This document shows, in pieces, positions 52,369 to 62,260 of a stretch of 64,000 bases of DNA. The position numbers and the translations under genes were made by a program. A model generated the notes under the pieces. It ran no database searches. It was not told the DNA's origin and was given only the letters and a program-made list of their open reading frames with translations. The stretch is from NCBI GenBank assembly GCA_041739995.1, contig JBGSMV010000047.1:160001-224000 (forward strand). The letters run 5' to 3'. Numbering within the stretch: the stretch's first letter is position 1; each line of letters starts with the position of its first letter. Origin of the DNA: Bdellovibrionota bacterium (GTDB lineage Bacteria > Bdellovibrionota_C > UBA2361 > JBGSMV01).

Positions 52369-53003
52369 CGGGTAAATACCTCCACAGTCCTTCTTGGTAG
52401 CTGTTCCCATCCACTGAGCGAAGGCAAAACCTCAGAGCAGACGGCAAGCTCTCTACCTTTATGGACGTGCAAAGTGAAATATTCTGGAGCTTCAGAAAAG
52501 TCAGAGTACAGATAGGCGCGAGTCTCGTCGGCAAGCAGGACGTTCATGGCGCGCACATAACGTGTGCGACTGGTGATGAGCTTCATGGCGTCACGTAGTG
52601 CCGCCCCCCAATCGCCTTGGTAGCAGCTGCGAATCACATTAAAGATCTTCTCTGCGCCGATTCTGCCCTGTTCTCTTATCCTGACCCCTTGTAGCTCGCC
52701 GTTGAACGCAAAAGTAATGCCGTCTGCGAAAAAAGGCATATTGTTTTCAACCACAATACCTTCATCCCTAAAAGCGCTGCGAGCATGAGCGACTACTTGT
52801 TGCGCACCGACCAACGAAGGCAGAGAGTTCTCCCAGATGGGACAAATGCGGTGATGCGAGTGTGAATCTGCTTTAGTCTTCCACGATATGCCGTATCCGT
52901 GCCCCTGGAACTCTCGGCTATTCTTGCAGGCAGTCGCAAACTCGTTGAGCGTGCGAGCGCAATCCGGAAGAGAATCTCCTGCGAGATAAAGAAGTCGACA
53001 CAT
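52365..53003 (-). CDS. Class II glutamine amidotransferase-like Ntn hydrolase (YafJ/EgtC/DUG3-like)
   Basis: MCRLL N-terminal Cys nucleophile, GHGYG, AHARSA, NNMPF, FNG; AGGAAGGA RBS. Confidence 0.85.
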   Translation of the reverse strand: MCRLLYLAGDSLPDCARTLNEFATACKNSREFQGHGYGISWKTKADSHSHHRICPIWENSLPSLVGAQQVVAHARSAFRDEGIVVENNMPFFADGITFAFNGELQGVRIREQGRIGAEKIFNVIRSCYQGDWGAALRDAMKLITSRTRYVRAMNVLLADETRAYLYSDFSEAPEYFTLHVHKGRELAVCSEVLPSLSGWEQLPRRTVEVFTR

Positions 53004-53065
53004 TGCGTTAGTGGTCCTTCCTAAATAGTAACTGATAGAAGAAAAGCTAGGAAACCTCTGTATAA

Positions 53066-53137
53066 TTCGTGCTTCTAGCTTCGTGGTTTAAGCAAATCTA
53101 GGCCCATTCCTAGAGTTTCTTTGCACCACTAAGATTT
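53066..53137 (-). repeat. Intergenic REP-like element, copy 2 (inverted)
   Basis: Minus strand AAATCTTAGTGGTGCAAAGAAACTCTAGGAATGGGCCTAGATTTGCTTAAACCACGAAGCTAGAAGCACGAA. Confidence 0.75.
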
Positions 53138-53293
53138 AGTCTTTAAGAATCTTTCGAGTGTCCTGAGTTAAGAGTTCGATGAATAGCTCTGGCCGAGCTC
53201 GCTGCTCTCTTTGTGAATGTATTTATTGAATTACACAATGAGTTCAGCGAGAACAGCGAGAAAAATACTAAAATGAACTTCTGATTCAGCACA

Positions 53294-54343
53294 CTAAATT
53301 GGGTGTAATCCGCCGAACTCAAGCCCAAGAGTTTCTTCTAGGCCGTGCATAATGTTAAACGCTTGGAGTGCCTGTCCCGCAGCGCCCTTCATCAAGTTAT
53401 CCATTGCAGAGATTACGACCAGGCGATTTGAGAACGGGTCAATCTCAAACCCCACATCGCAATAGTTGGTACCCCACAGCAGTTTTGGATCGGGGTAGCG
53501 GTACAGGCCTTGAGATTCTTTGACGATTCTTACGAAAGGCTCGCTTTTATAAGCTTCGCGATAGATTTGCCAAATCGCTCGTTCATCGAGCGTTTGGTTT
53601 AAAAATACATGCGAGGTCGCCAGCACACCGCGCACCATATCAATGGCAGTGGCAGAAAAGTGTACTTTAAGGTCCTGCCCAAAGGATATTTCTTGCAGAA
53701 TCTCTGCCGTATGCCGGTGTCCAGTAGGCTGAAAGGAACGCAGAGAGTGAGAACGCACGGGATGATGCGATCCGTCGTTTGATTCTGCTCCGGCTTCGCT
53801 AGAGCCGACTTTGACTTCAACCACTACTGATTGAGGTTCTACGACTTGCTGCTTCAGCAATGGATAAAGCCCCAAAATGGTGGCGGTAGCGTTGCACCCA
53901 GCGCTAGAAATATAGTGAGCGCTACGCATCTCTTCGCGATGAAGCTCAGGAATTCCGTAGACAAATTTTGAGAGATACTGTGGTGCTTGATGCGGAGCAT
54001 GATACCAGCGGGCGTATGCTTCTGGATCTTTCAGCCTAAAATCAGCACTGAGATCGATAATTCGTGGTGCCTTTTCCATGAGCGAAGGCATGTGTTGCAT
54101 GCTCTGTGAATGCGGGAGGCAGGCGAATATCACGTCGCACTCTTGAAGCTCGGTCAGAGGCGAAAACTTGAGCTCGCTGCGTTTGCGAAGTGGTGGGTGA
54201 GTGCGGTGGGCGTATTTGCCACTCAGCCGCTCAGAGGTCACTTGGCGAATAGTGACGCTGGGGTGTGCGAGGAGAAGCCGCAGCAACTCGCCTCCCGTAT
54301 ACCCGGAACCTCCGACAATACTGACCGCAATCTTTTCAGACAT
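53294..54343 (-). CDS. lysY: LysW-aminoadipyl-phosphate reductase (LysY/ArgC family)
   Basis: [44 protein letters not shown] 54343 overlaps the lysX stop. Confidence 0.9.
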   Translation of the reverse strand: MSEKIAVSIVGGSGYTGGELLRLLLAHPSVTIRQVTSERLSGKYAHRTHPPLRKRSELKFSPLTELQECDVIFACLPHSQSMQHMPSLMEKAPRIIDLSADFRLKDPEAYARWYHAPHQAPQYLSKFVYGIPELHREEMRSAHYISSAGCNATATILGLYPLLKQQVVEPQSVVVEVKVGSSEAGAESNDGSHHPVRSHSLRSFQPTGHRHTAEILQEISFGQDLKVHFSATAIDMVRGVLATSHVFLNQTLDERAIWQIYREAYKSEPFVRIVKESQGLYRYPDPKLLWGTNYCDVGFEIDPFSNRLVVISAMDNLMKGAAGQALQAFNIMHGLEETLGLEFGGLHPI

Positions 54344-55190
54344 CGCGATGTTCCGCAGCTCGTAGCGTGTAATCAACGATGTGTTGAGGAATATTTACCC
54401 CAGTAGTCTGGATAGAGTTCTTATACTCCATGGTGTAGTTGACCTCGTTCGCGAGCAGCCCGTCTGGTGTTTCAAAGATATCGATCGCTACTATGCCACC
54501 TCCGACGGCCTTCGCTGCTTTAATAGAAAAGTCACGCAGTTCATTAGTCAGTGGACAATTGGAGGCAACTCCGCCTTGGGCGGTATTGGTTATCCAGTGA
54601 TCGGAAGTGCGGTATATTGCGGCGATACACTCATCCCCAACGACAAAGCTTCGAATGTCGCGACCACGCTTTTCTACATACTTCTGGATATAAAATATAG
54701 AGTGATGGTAGCTGCCCAGCACGGTCTTATGCTCAAGGATGGCTTCGGCTGCGTCTCGATCGTTCACCTTGGAAAGCAAGCGTCCCCAAGAACCTACTGC
54801 GGGTTTGAGCACGACCGGGTAACCCATCTCTTCGATGGCGCGTAGCGCTGACTGTTCAGTAAATGCAACGCGCAGCTCGGGCTGTGGCACACCGGCAACA
54901 CCAAGTGCGACGGAGGTAAGTAGTTTGTCTCCACACACCGTAGCAACTGCTTGGCTGTTGACGCAGCGCACTCCAGAAGCCTCGAACAGGGTCAGCGCAT
55001 GTAAGGCGCGTGAGTGATTGATGCAGCGCTCGACTACTACATCGACTCCGAAGCCGCGCGAACCTACCTTAAAAGAAATCTCTCTATCATCAATCATGAC
55101 GAGCTTCACGTCGGGACGAGATTGAAACTCATTAATGAGAAACTTCTCATCTGGCCGAATGAGGGAATGAAGGAACCCAACTCTCGTCAT
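54336..55190 (-). CDS. lysX: Alpha-aminoadipate-LysW ligase (RimK-family ATP-grasp)
   Basis: [56 protein letters not shown]. Confidence 0.92.
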   Translation of the reverse strand: MTRVGFLHSLIRPDEKFLINEFQSRPDVKLVMIDDREISFKVGSRGFGVDVVVERCINHSRALHALTLFEASGVRCVNSQAVATVCGDKLLTSVALGVAGVPQPELRVAFTEQSALRAIEEMGYPVVLKPAVGSWGRLLSKVNDRDAAEAILEHKTVLGSYHHSIFYIQKYVEKRGRDIRSFVVGDECIAAIYRTSDHWITNTAQGGVASNCPLTNELRDFSIKAAKAVGGGIVAIDIFETPDGLLANEVNYTMEYKNSIQTTGVNIPQHIVDYTLRAAEHRDV

Positions 55191-55192
55191 GG

Positions 55193-55357
55193 CTATTCCC
55201 CCCAGTCCTCTTCTTCCTTTGGAGCTTCGGCAAGCTTAAAGGGATTGATCGCGGTAACTTCAAGCTCAGCACCACACTCGCCGCATTCAAGCAGTTCGTT
55301 TTTTAGGGTGTCTGCGCCAAGCTGCACTTGGGCGCTACATAAAGGACATTCAGTCAT
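55193..55357 (-). CDS. lysW: Amino-group carrier protein LysW (54 aa; absent from the ORF track)
   Basis: [54 protein letters not shown]; two CxxC and C-terminal EDWGE; GAGG RBS. Confidence 0.96.
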   Translation of the reverse strand: MTECPLCSAQVQLGADTLKNELLECGECGAELEVTAINPFKLAEAPKEEEDWGE

Positions 55358-55772
55358 ACTTTGCCTCAATGGATGGTGTATTGCGGACGCACTGTGGCAG
55401 GGGATGCGGTACTATTAAAGAGCCAAAGCGGAGAAAACTTTAAAACCCACTAATATTGTTACATTTGTAACGGGAGTCAGAAGTACCCGTCTCTTCACTA
55501 CAGATCTGCTTCGGTTCAAGCAATCGGGACCTTTCGGATCACCTGAACGGTGAACCAAGAAGGCGAGTCGCAGCTCCTTCGCTCGTATTGGTCGCACGGT
55601 TTCACCGTCAGTAACCACCGCTAAGAATTTTGCCTAGACGATCCCTCATAATGCTTGTGGGCATGTGAAGGACTGCAGTTTCGAGCAGTGGAATGTCAAT
55701 GCATTGGTCCGCTCAAACGACCTTAACAAGGCAATCTTTTGGACCCACTCACGGGTGACAAGGACGTACTCT

Positions 55773-57564
55773 GTGGCACCAATCAGTTTTAACAACGCTG
55801 CACAATTGTTGCCTTTACAGGGCAATCATTGGTCGAGTCACTGACCAAGTAGCGCGAGTGTACGAACGTCTTTCCAGTGGTCAACGTATCAACCGTGCTT
55901 CAGACGACTCCGCTGGACTATTGGTCAGCTTCGGGTTGCGCATAAAGAACGCGGTCTACCAGCAAGCGATAAGAAACGTAAACGACGTGACGAGCCTGCT
56001 TAACGTGGCCTCTGGAGCTACGGAACAGTTGTCGGGCCTACTTGAGCGAATGAACGAATTGGCTGAGCAGGCTGCTAACGGCACTTTCTCGATTGCCCAA
56101 AGGCATACGCTGAATGTTGAATCAAAGGCTTTGATTAACGAGTACAATCGGATCGTGGAATCCACCACATTTAATCGGCGCTCGGTTTTCAACGTAACGG
56201 GAGGAGGTGTATCCGCCCAGCTTGGATTCGGTTCAAACGTGCTTCACACCGAGGTGGGAAGTCAACTTGCTCGGTTGGTGGGTGACGGAACTTTTACTGA
56301 CTACGGGGCGTCCGGTGGGAGCCCCTCGGCGGTGGGTTATTTCAATAATGACGGATTTGATGACTTCGTCTCGGTGGGAAGCACTGTCGACGTGTATCTA
56401 TCGGACGGAGATGGGACCTTCTCGCAGGTTGCTGGGCCAGCAATTGACACTGGGATAGCCGTTACCGTTGGAGATTACAATGGGGACGGGGACCTAGACG
56501 CGGCGGTATACGATTCATTCCTCGGAACATTTTCATTCTACTTGGGTAACGGGACGGGGAGCCTTTCAGCTTCTAGCCAGATCGCCGCTGGATTCAGCAC
56601 AGGGGCACTATATTCAGGTGACTTTGACAACGATGGTGACGTCGATATTGCTACTCGAGTCGGTACGTCTGTCCGTATCGCGCAGAATGATGGAACCGGA
56701 TCCTTCACGCTTCTCGCTGCGATCTCTGGTGCCACGGATCTCACCGGTCTCGGAGACTTCAACGGGGATGGCAATATCGATATCGTTGGATCGGGACGAA
56801 TATTGTTGGGGAATGGCGACAACACCTTCACTGAAGCCGACGCGGTCGGCGGGGCCTATTCAGCAGGAGATTTGAACGGAGATGGCTATGACGACCTTGT
56901 AGGTGTTTCCGGTGGAAATCTGTTTGCCGCTTTATCTAATGGTGATGGAACGTTTTCTCAGCTCTCGCTCGGAACTATTGCGTCAAGCTCGAATGGAACC
57001 CGATTGCCGCTTATTGGAGATCTAAACGGGGATGGTTTGCTAGACATCTACCATGCAACGGGAGCGGCTAGTTTTCAGGTAGTACTACAAGACTCTAACG
57101 GCAACTTCAGCGCTCAGACCAGCGTCAGTCTCGCTTCGGGCACCGCCGTCACCCAATTTGGCGACTTTAATGGTGATGGGGTGGTTGATCTTCGAACATC
57201 CGCTCGAACTTTGCTCGGCGATACGGAGCAGTCGGCAGGGATCGCTCACTTCAGCATTTCAACGCAGGAGTATGCACAGGAGGCCCTTGATTTGATTGAG
57301 GCGCAGCGCGAGCTGGTTGGACGTGAACTCGGAGCTCAAGGGGCAAGCCTAAGTCGCCTGCAGAGCGCCGCTAGTGTGCTCATCAACATTACGTCGGAGT
57401 TTGCCGCGGCAGATTCCCGAATTCGAGATGTTGATGTCGCCCAGGAGACCGCTGAACTGGTGCGACTTCAAATATTGCAACAGGCGGGAGCGGCCGTACT
57501 TGGACAGGCGAACCTGTCCTTTCGGCTTGTCACAGAGCTGCTTGCTCCTCCTGCGACGAATTAG
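55773..57564 (+). CDS. Flagellin with seven FG-GAP repeats in the variable region; N-terminus apparently frameshifted near 55820
   Basis: ERLSSGQRINRASDDSAGL N-domain; AADSRIRDVDVAQETAELVRLQILQQAGAAVLGQAN C-domain; GD(F/L/Y)NGDG..D repeats; main ORF 55858-57564. Confidence 0.85.
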
Positions 57565-57780
57565 TGGTGATAGCTAATATAGTCGACCTTGAAGGCATGC
57601 CTTTATCTCGAGCTCTCCCTTAAAGAGCCGCCTGACCTGCTGCCGCAGCGCTGAGGCAAAGCGCCTCCGCATAGTGCCCAACTTGGCTCGCTGCGGCAGG
57701 ATTCTTAGCTCGCAGGTCTGAGAACGCTCGAAGGCGAAGCTCAAACATTTGCGAAAGATCGCTGAAGAGAGTTCGCTGCT

Positions 57781-59085
57781 CTAACTGGCCTGAAACACCG
57801 AAATAGTTTCCACGTGGTGAGTTTGAGCGAACATATCAACTACCCAAGTCTGCTGTAACTTATATCCGCGTGCTTGTAGTGTTTTAACGTCACGGCAGAG
57901 AGTTGGAAGAGAGCAACTGACGTAGATCACCTGTGGCGAGATTGAGGGTGTGAGCTGGCGCACCACGGCATCCGCGCCGGAGCGCGGAGGGTCGAGCACC
58001 ACACACGGGCGCGGGGTTGCTACTTCAAGATAGTTCTCGCAGGAGCTCTCAACAAAACTAAGTTGGGCGTCGGAGAGTCCTGCTTCAAACGAAGCAATTT
58101 TCCCTAAATGTACGAGCTCAGCGTCCAGTTCCACCGCTTCAACGAGTCTACCAGATTTTGCAATTTCAATCGCAAAGTTGCCTGCGCCGGCGAAGAGATC
58201 GGTTACCTGTTTGTGCTGAATGAGGCTGACCACTTGGGATTGAAGGAGTGCATTTCCCTCGGCATTCACCTGAGAAAAACGACCGACAGGAAATCGACGC
58301 TGAGTTGGAGGTTCTTCGAGCGAGTCATACTGAGAGAATATGGGGCGCTGGTTAGCCAAGACGCAGCAGTGCTTGAATGACTGCGCCAGCATCGCAATCG
58401 CAGGAGAATCGGCGTGATCCACATGTTCAAGTGCGTCCTCGCGTAGTTTTGCAGCGATGAAGACGTCGCCTTGATGCTCTTCAATTACCATTCCACCAAA
58501 AGACGACTCGAATTCAGAGAGCAGCGAGCGGAGTTTTGATAGAGTTTCATTGATCAGTGGCGAAGCGATTAAACAAGAATCAAGGTCTATCACTTCTCCC
58601 GTGCCCTCGCGATAAAAGCCAATTTCCGCGGGCTTGGGGCCAGCGCTGGGACTAAGGTGTAAGGAAATTCGTCGGCGATACTGATAGGCAGGCAAGTCCT
58701 GGCCCAACAGCGTCACCCCATTGACCGGTACCGCTTTTGCTTGCCGTTGTAGTGTGGTTTCCACCATCGAACGCTTTAAGGTGCGCTGAAGTTCAATCGG
58801 AACATACTGGTAGTTGCATCCACCGCAGCGTGCGAAATATGGGCAAGGTGGAGAGATGCGATCTGGTGAGGCTTCTTTAACCTCAAGGAGATTTCCTCGC
58901 CGAAAGTTCTTATGCTCTTCGGTTATGCTGACTAAGCCCTTTTCTTTCGGAATGAGGCCGCGCACAAAGATCTTTCGCATGTCGCCTTGAGCGGCTGGAC
59001 CGGACGTGTCGTCGGCGATTGGAGACGCGATAACCTCTCCGCCGTGGACGAATGCGATAGCCTGTACTTGAACTGATGAACCCAT
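57781..59085 (-). CDS. rlmD: 23S rRNA m5U methyltransferase (RlmD/TrmA family)
   Basis: TRAM-like N-terminus, CPYFARCGGC, FSQVN, DLFAGAG, DPPRSG, YVSC, DMFAQTHHVE; ATG 59085 preferred. Confidence 0.85.
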   Translation of the reverse strand: MGSSVQVQAIAFVHGGEVIASPIADDTSGPAAQGDMRKIFVRGLIPKEKGLVSITEEHKNFRRGNLLEVKEASPDRISPPCPYFARCGGCNYQYVPIELQRTLKRSMVETTLQRQAKAVPVNGVTLLGQDLPAYQYRRRISLHLSPSAGPKPAEIGFYREGTGEVIDLDSCLIASPLINETLSKLRSLLSEFESSFGGMVIEEHQGDVFIAAKLREDALEHVDHADSPAIAMLAQSFKHCCVLANQRPIFSQYDSLEEPPTQRRFPVGRFSQVNAEGNALLQSQVVSLIQHKQVTDLFAGAGNFAIEIAKSGRLVEAVELDAELVHLGKIASFEAGLSDAQLSFVESSCENYLEVATPRPCVVLDPPRSGADAVVRQLTPSISPQVIYVSCSLPTLCRDVKTLQARGYKLQQTWVVDMFAQTHHVETISVFQAS

Positions 59086-59310
59086 ATCTTCAACGTGTAT
59101 CGAGTAGAGGCATTCCTGGGAGTCTGTGACAGAGGCACAGACGACGACGTCCCGCCGAAGCCCCCTCGAATTTAAGGGCAGGGCAGGCACATGCGAGCGA
59201 AGGCGGACCCGAGTAAACAGGGCCGTGTCACAGACTCCTAGCGTGTAACGCGCGCTAGGTCTATCCGTGGAACGGCTTAGAGGGGTGTCTCGAAGCGTGA
59301 GAACGAGACT

Positions 59311-59874
59311 TTAGTCTGGGTTGGAGTTCTTGTTATGGTTAGTGGCGCGTCGAAACGAGCGCCAGCGCGCTCTTCGACGCTGCAAATCTGCAGAAACTTC
59401 CTGTACTGCCAGCGGGATGTCCATCGAAGGTAGAGTAATAATCCGGGGGGCGTCAGAAACCTTCCAATCATCAAGTCCAAGCCGCGAGAGAACCGTGTTC
59501 ATGACTTCTCGGTCATCTGCCAGGCCGCGGCTGCCATTTCTGTCTGGTACCGCATCGACTCGAAATGTCAGGTACCTGACTGCTCCTACGGCTAACGCTT
59601 TTTGTTCGGCGCTAAATTGAGAATAACGCTCTAAGAGCATTACGGCGCGAGCACACAGGTCGCTTGCTAAGTCCAAATCGGGGCCAGCTTTCTCTGCTTT
59701 AAATCCACAGAACCACTCAGCGGCATCCACGATCTTTTCTTTCAGTCGGGAAACGTCGTCGGCACTGTAGTGAACACAAAAGCCTCTAAAGACAACCTGT
59801 GCGCCAGGCATGTGTGCGAGTTCGGCGCACGCAAGCTCTAAGAGAGAGCCAGAGACTTTAGTGTCGGAATCCAT
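59311..59874 (-). CDS. Hypothetical protein with a YkvA/DUF1232-like motif
   Basis: AVGAVRYL...DAVPD....GLADD. Confidence 0.55.
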   Translation of the reverse strand: MDSDTKVSGSLLELACAELAHMPGAQVVFRGFCVHYSADDVSRLKEKIVDAAEWFCGFKAEKAGPDLDLASDLCARAVMLLERYSQFSAEQKALAVGAVRYLTFRVDAVPDRNGSRGLADDREVMNTVLSRLGLDDWKVSDAPRIITLPSMDIPLAVQEVSADLQRRRARWRSFRRATNHNKNSNPD

Positions 59875-59907
59875 TGAGGGTCAGGTCGGCAGGAAGTGGC
59901 CAGGGGT

Positions 59908-61239
59908 TTATTGTTCGGCGCTTTCGAGTTCTTGGGGCCAAGAACTTTGAAGGCTAAGTAGCTGTCTTCTCAGGATATCAAGGGCGGTGAAGGTAGCGAA
60001 ACGACGGATTCGGGAGCGTGAATTCGGGAAAATGCACTTAAAAGCGGAGCTCTGCGTGCCATTGCTGTACCCGACGAAAAAGGTGCCCACAGGTTTTTCT
60101 GGGGTGCCGCCTTCAGGTCCGGCGATGCCAGTAATTGATAGTGCAAGGTCAGATTGAAATTGTAGGCGCGCGCCATTTGCCATCGCGGCAGCTACCGGAG
60201 CACTCACCGCTCCATACTTGTCGAGGAGCTCATGTTTTACGCCCAGCACCTGCTGCTTGGCGGCATTGCTATAGGTGACCGCCGATCCAAAGAAGGCCCG
60301 AGAACTTCCAGACATTCTGGTCATGAACTCGCCCAACATTCCTCCGGTACAAGATTCGGCGACCGCAAGGCTCTGACATTTAGAGCCAAGTAGCTCATGC
60401 ACTACCATGTCGAGACTAACATCGAGCGACCTTGAAATCAGGAACTCAGGCCCAATTGCTTTGGCTAACTGTTCTGCGAACGCGTGCATCTGAGTAGTGT
60501 TGTATTTTCTTAAGCGGTCCTTAAGAAGTACATGAACTTCGGGAAAGGAAGCACGAAATGAAACAGTGAGCTCGGCGGGAAGGGGCACTTGACCAACCCG
60601 AGCGCCGACTTCTGCCTCAGGGAGACCGAACAGCCGCAACGCGGGTGGAGGCACAACTTCAAGAGGATGAGTTAAATTCAGAATCTTCTCTGAGATTAGC
60701 GGAAGCACCGAATCGTGCAGCATGGCAGCGAGTTCTCCAGGGACGCCAGGCAGCGCAAAAATCCAACAGCTGCTCTTGCCAATGGTTTTCTCGACAAGAA
60801 AACCTGGCGCAGACCCTCTTGGGTTTTTGATGATAAGCGCACCTTCGGGAAACAGCACCTGCTTGTGGTTGGACTGATCGAAGGTGCGCCCACGCTTGGC
60901 ATAGAACTCATGGAGCTGTTCCCTAGCTTCTGATCTTTCAGTCAGCGCTAGCCCGAGCCAGTCGCTCGCCGCTTCTCGGGTAAGATCATCGCTCGTGGGG
61001 CCCATTCCCCCAGAAATAATAATTATCTCTGAGTGGGCACTAAGAAAATCTAGACAGCTCTTGAGTGTCGGCAGGTCATCGGTGCAAGAGAGTGTGTGAG
61101 AGATTGAGAGCCCTGAGCTCGAGATCGTTTCAATTATCAAATGCGAATTAGTATCGAGGACTCGGCCATCGAGAATCTCTGAGCCTGATACGAGTACAGA
61201 GACACTGGGGAGGACGCTGGGGAGATGCTTATTTTTCAC
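59908..61239 (-). CDS. cinA: CinA (MoCF-like plus NMN deamidase PncC domains)
   Basis: GSEILDG..DTN, GGMGPTSDD, LPGVPGE; AVAESCTGG, TYSN, GAVS, ITGIAGPEGG..KPVG. Confidence 0.92.
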   Translation of the reverse strand: MKNKHLPSVLPSVSVLVSGSEILDGRVLDTNSHLIIETISSSGLSISHTLSCTDDLPTLKSCLDFLSAHSEIIIISGGMGPTSDDLTREAASDWLGLALTERSEAREQLHEFYAKRGRTFDQSNHKQVLFPEGALIIKNPRGSAPGFLVEKTIGKSSCWIFALPGVPGELAAMLHDSVLPLISEKILNLTHPLEVVPPPALRLFGLPEAEVGARVGQVPLPAELTVSFRASFPEVHVLLKDRLRKYNTTQMHAFAEQLAKAIGPEFLISRSLDVSLDMVVHELLGSKCQSLAVAESCTGGMLGEFMTRMSGSSRAFFGSAVTYSNAAKQQVLGVKHELLDKYGAVSAPVAAAMANGARLQFQSDLALSITGIAGPEGGTPEKPVGTFFVGYSNGTQSSAFKCIFPNSRSRIRRFATFTALDILRRQLLSLQSSWPQELESAEQ

Positions 61240-61311
61240 ATGGCGACGTTAACCCGCTCTACTTACATTTTCCATGAGGGAGTGGCTTGAAGGTTTTACT
61301 TGCCAGAGACC

Positions 61312-62181
61312 TTAAAGCTGGCGTTCCTCGACAACCACCGCCGTTCCACCGATAACTGGAGCGCCGGTCTTAGAGTCAAGCTTTACTGAAATAAGACTCG
61401 GGGAAGGAGCCTCCATGAGTTGCCCTTGTTCGATAACAAGTGAAGCAGGAAATTGGGTTGCTTCTGACTGGCACAACAGCGCCCCTAGAGCGCCTGCTGC
61501 CATGCCCGTTGCGGATTCCTCAGCGATGCCATACGCCGGAGCGAACATGCGCGCGATGGCAGCGTGCTCAGGGCTGTTGGCCTCCCGCGAGTACACGTAG
61601 TAGCCCACAAGGTCGAGTGCCTTAGATATTTCGAGGATACGTTCCTGGTCAGGTGAAATCGCAGCGAGAGCTGACTTTGTTGAAACTTCCACCATGAGAA
61701 AGCGACCACCAGTGGAAGCAATTACTGGAGCATTCACAAAGATTTCACTTGAGAGTTGCAGGGACTGCGCTACGGCCGTTCTGTTTTCCGGGGCGAGGAC
61801 TTCGGTTATCAACGGGCGCTGCGTCATGTAGGCCACTGAGCTGCGAACTTCGAGTTCGAGTGGTTCGACCATTGTCTCAAACGTGAACTTTTTAGGCGGG
61901 AGCAGTCCGCGCGATGCCATGAGTACACAGGTTGCGATGGTTGCGTGGCCACAAAGCGGAATCTGTCTATTCGGCGTAAAGAACTCAATGCGAAAGGCAT
62001 TTGGCCCCTGGGCACTTGAAACGAAGGCAGTCTCGGAGAGCTCAAGTGAGGCTGCGATTTCTTGTCGTGAAGAAGGCGAAAGGTGGTCTGCGTTAAGCAC
62101 TACCCCGGCAGGATTTCCGCCAGTCGGGGTGTCGGAAAACGCTCTGAGAATGGTTGCTGAGGTGTTGACGGAGTGCGGCAT
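61312..62181 (-). CDS. PhzF family isomerase/epimerase
   Basis: GGNPAGVV, SETAFV, FTP..PLCGHAT, GIAEESATG. Confidence 0.9.
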   Translation of the reverse strand: MPHSVNTSATILRAFSDTPTGGNPAGVVLNADHLSPSSRQEIAASLELSETAFVSSAQGPNAFRIEFFTPNRQIPLCGHATIATCVLMASRGLLPPKKFTFETMVEPLELEVRSSVAYMTQRPLITEVLAPENRTAVAQSLQLSSEIFVNAPVIASTGGRFLMVEVSTKSALAAISPDQERILEISKALDLVGYYVYSREANSPEHAAIARMFAPAYGIAEESATGMAAGALGALLCQSEATQFPASLVIEQGQLMEAPSPSLISVKLDSKTGAPVIGGTAVVVEERQL

Positions 62182-62260
62182 ATGAACTCAGGTAAGAGAT
62201 TAGACAAAGGCCTTCGAAGCTTATCATAGCTAACACACTCAAACGAATGGAGGCGGAGGA

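Noticed and set aside
53004..53293. lysK remnant in the gap after lysY
   Set aside because: No M20-like peptide seen; the gap is occupied by repeat and hairpin elements.
50198..54343. Calling the genes argD, argB and argC of the acetylated ornithine pathway
   Set aside because: Adjacent lysW and lysX indicate carrier-protein chemistry; dual Lys/Arg use is not excluded.
55360..55620. Lysine riboswitch or T-box upstream of lysW
   Set aside because: Only scattered fragments (GAAAGG, CCGAAG) and no convincing conserved core; an Rfam covariance search would decide.
55690..55730. Sigma28 promoter for the flagellin
   Set aside because: Match to TAAA-N15-GCCGATAA is too weak.
57805..57821. parS-like GTTTCCACGTGGTGAG
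   Set aside because: The right arm is broken and the sequence is explained by the RlmD HHVET codons.
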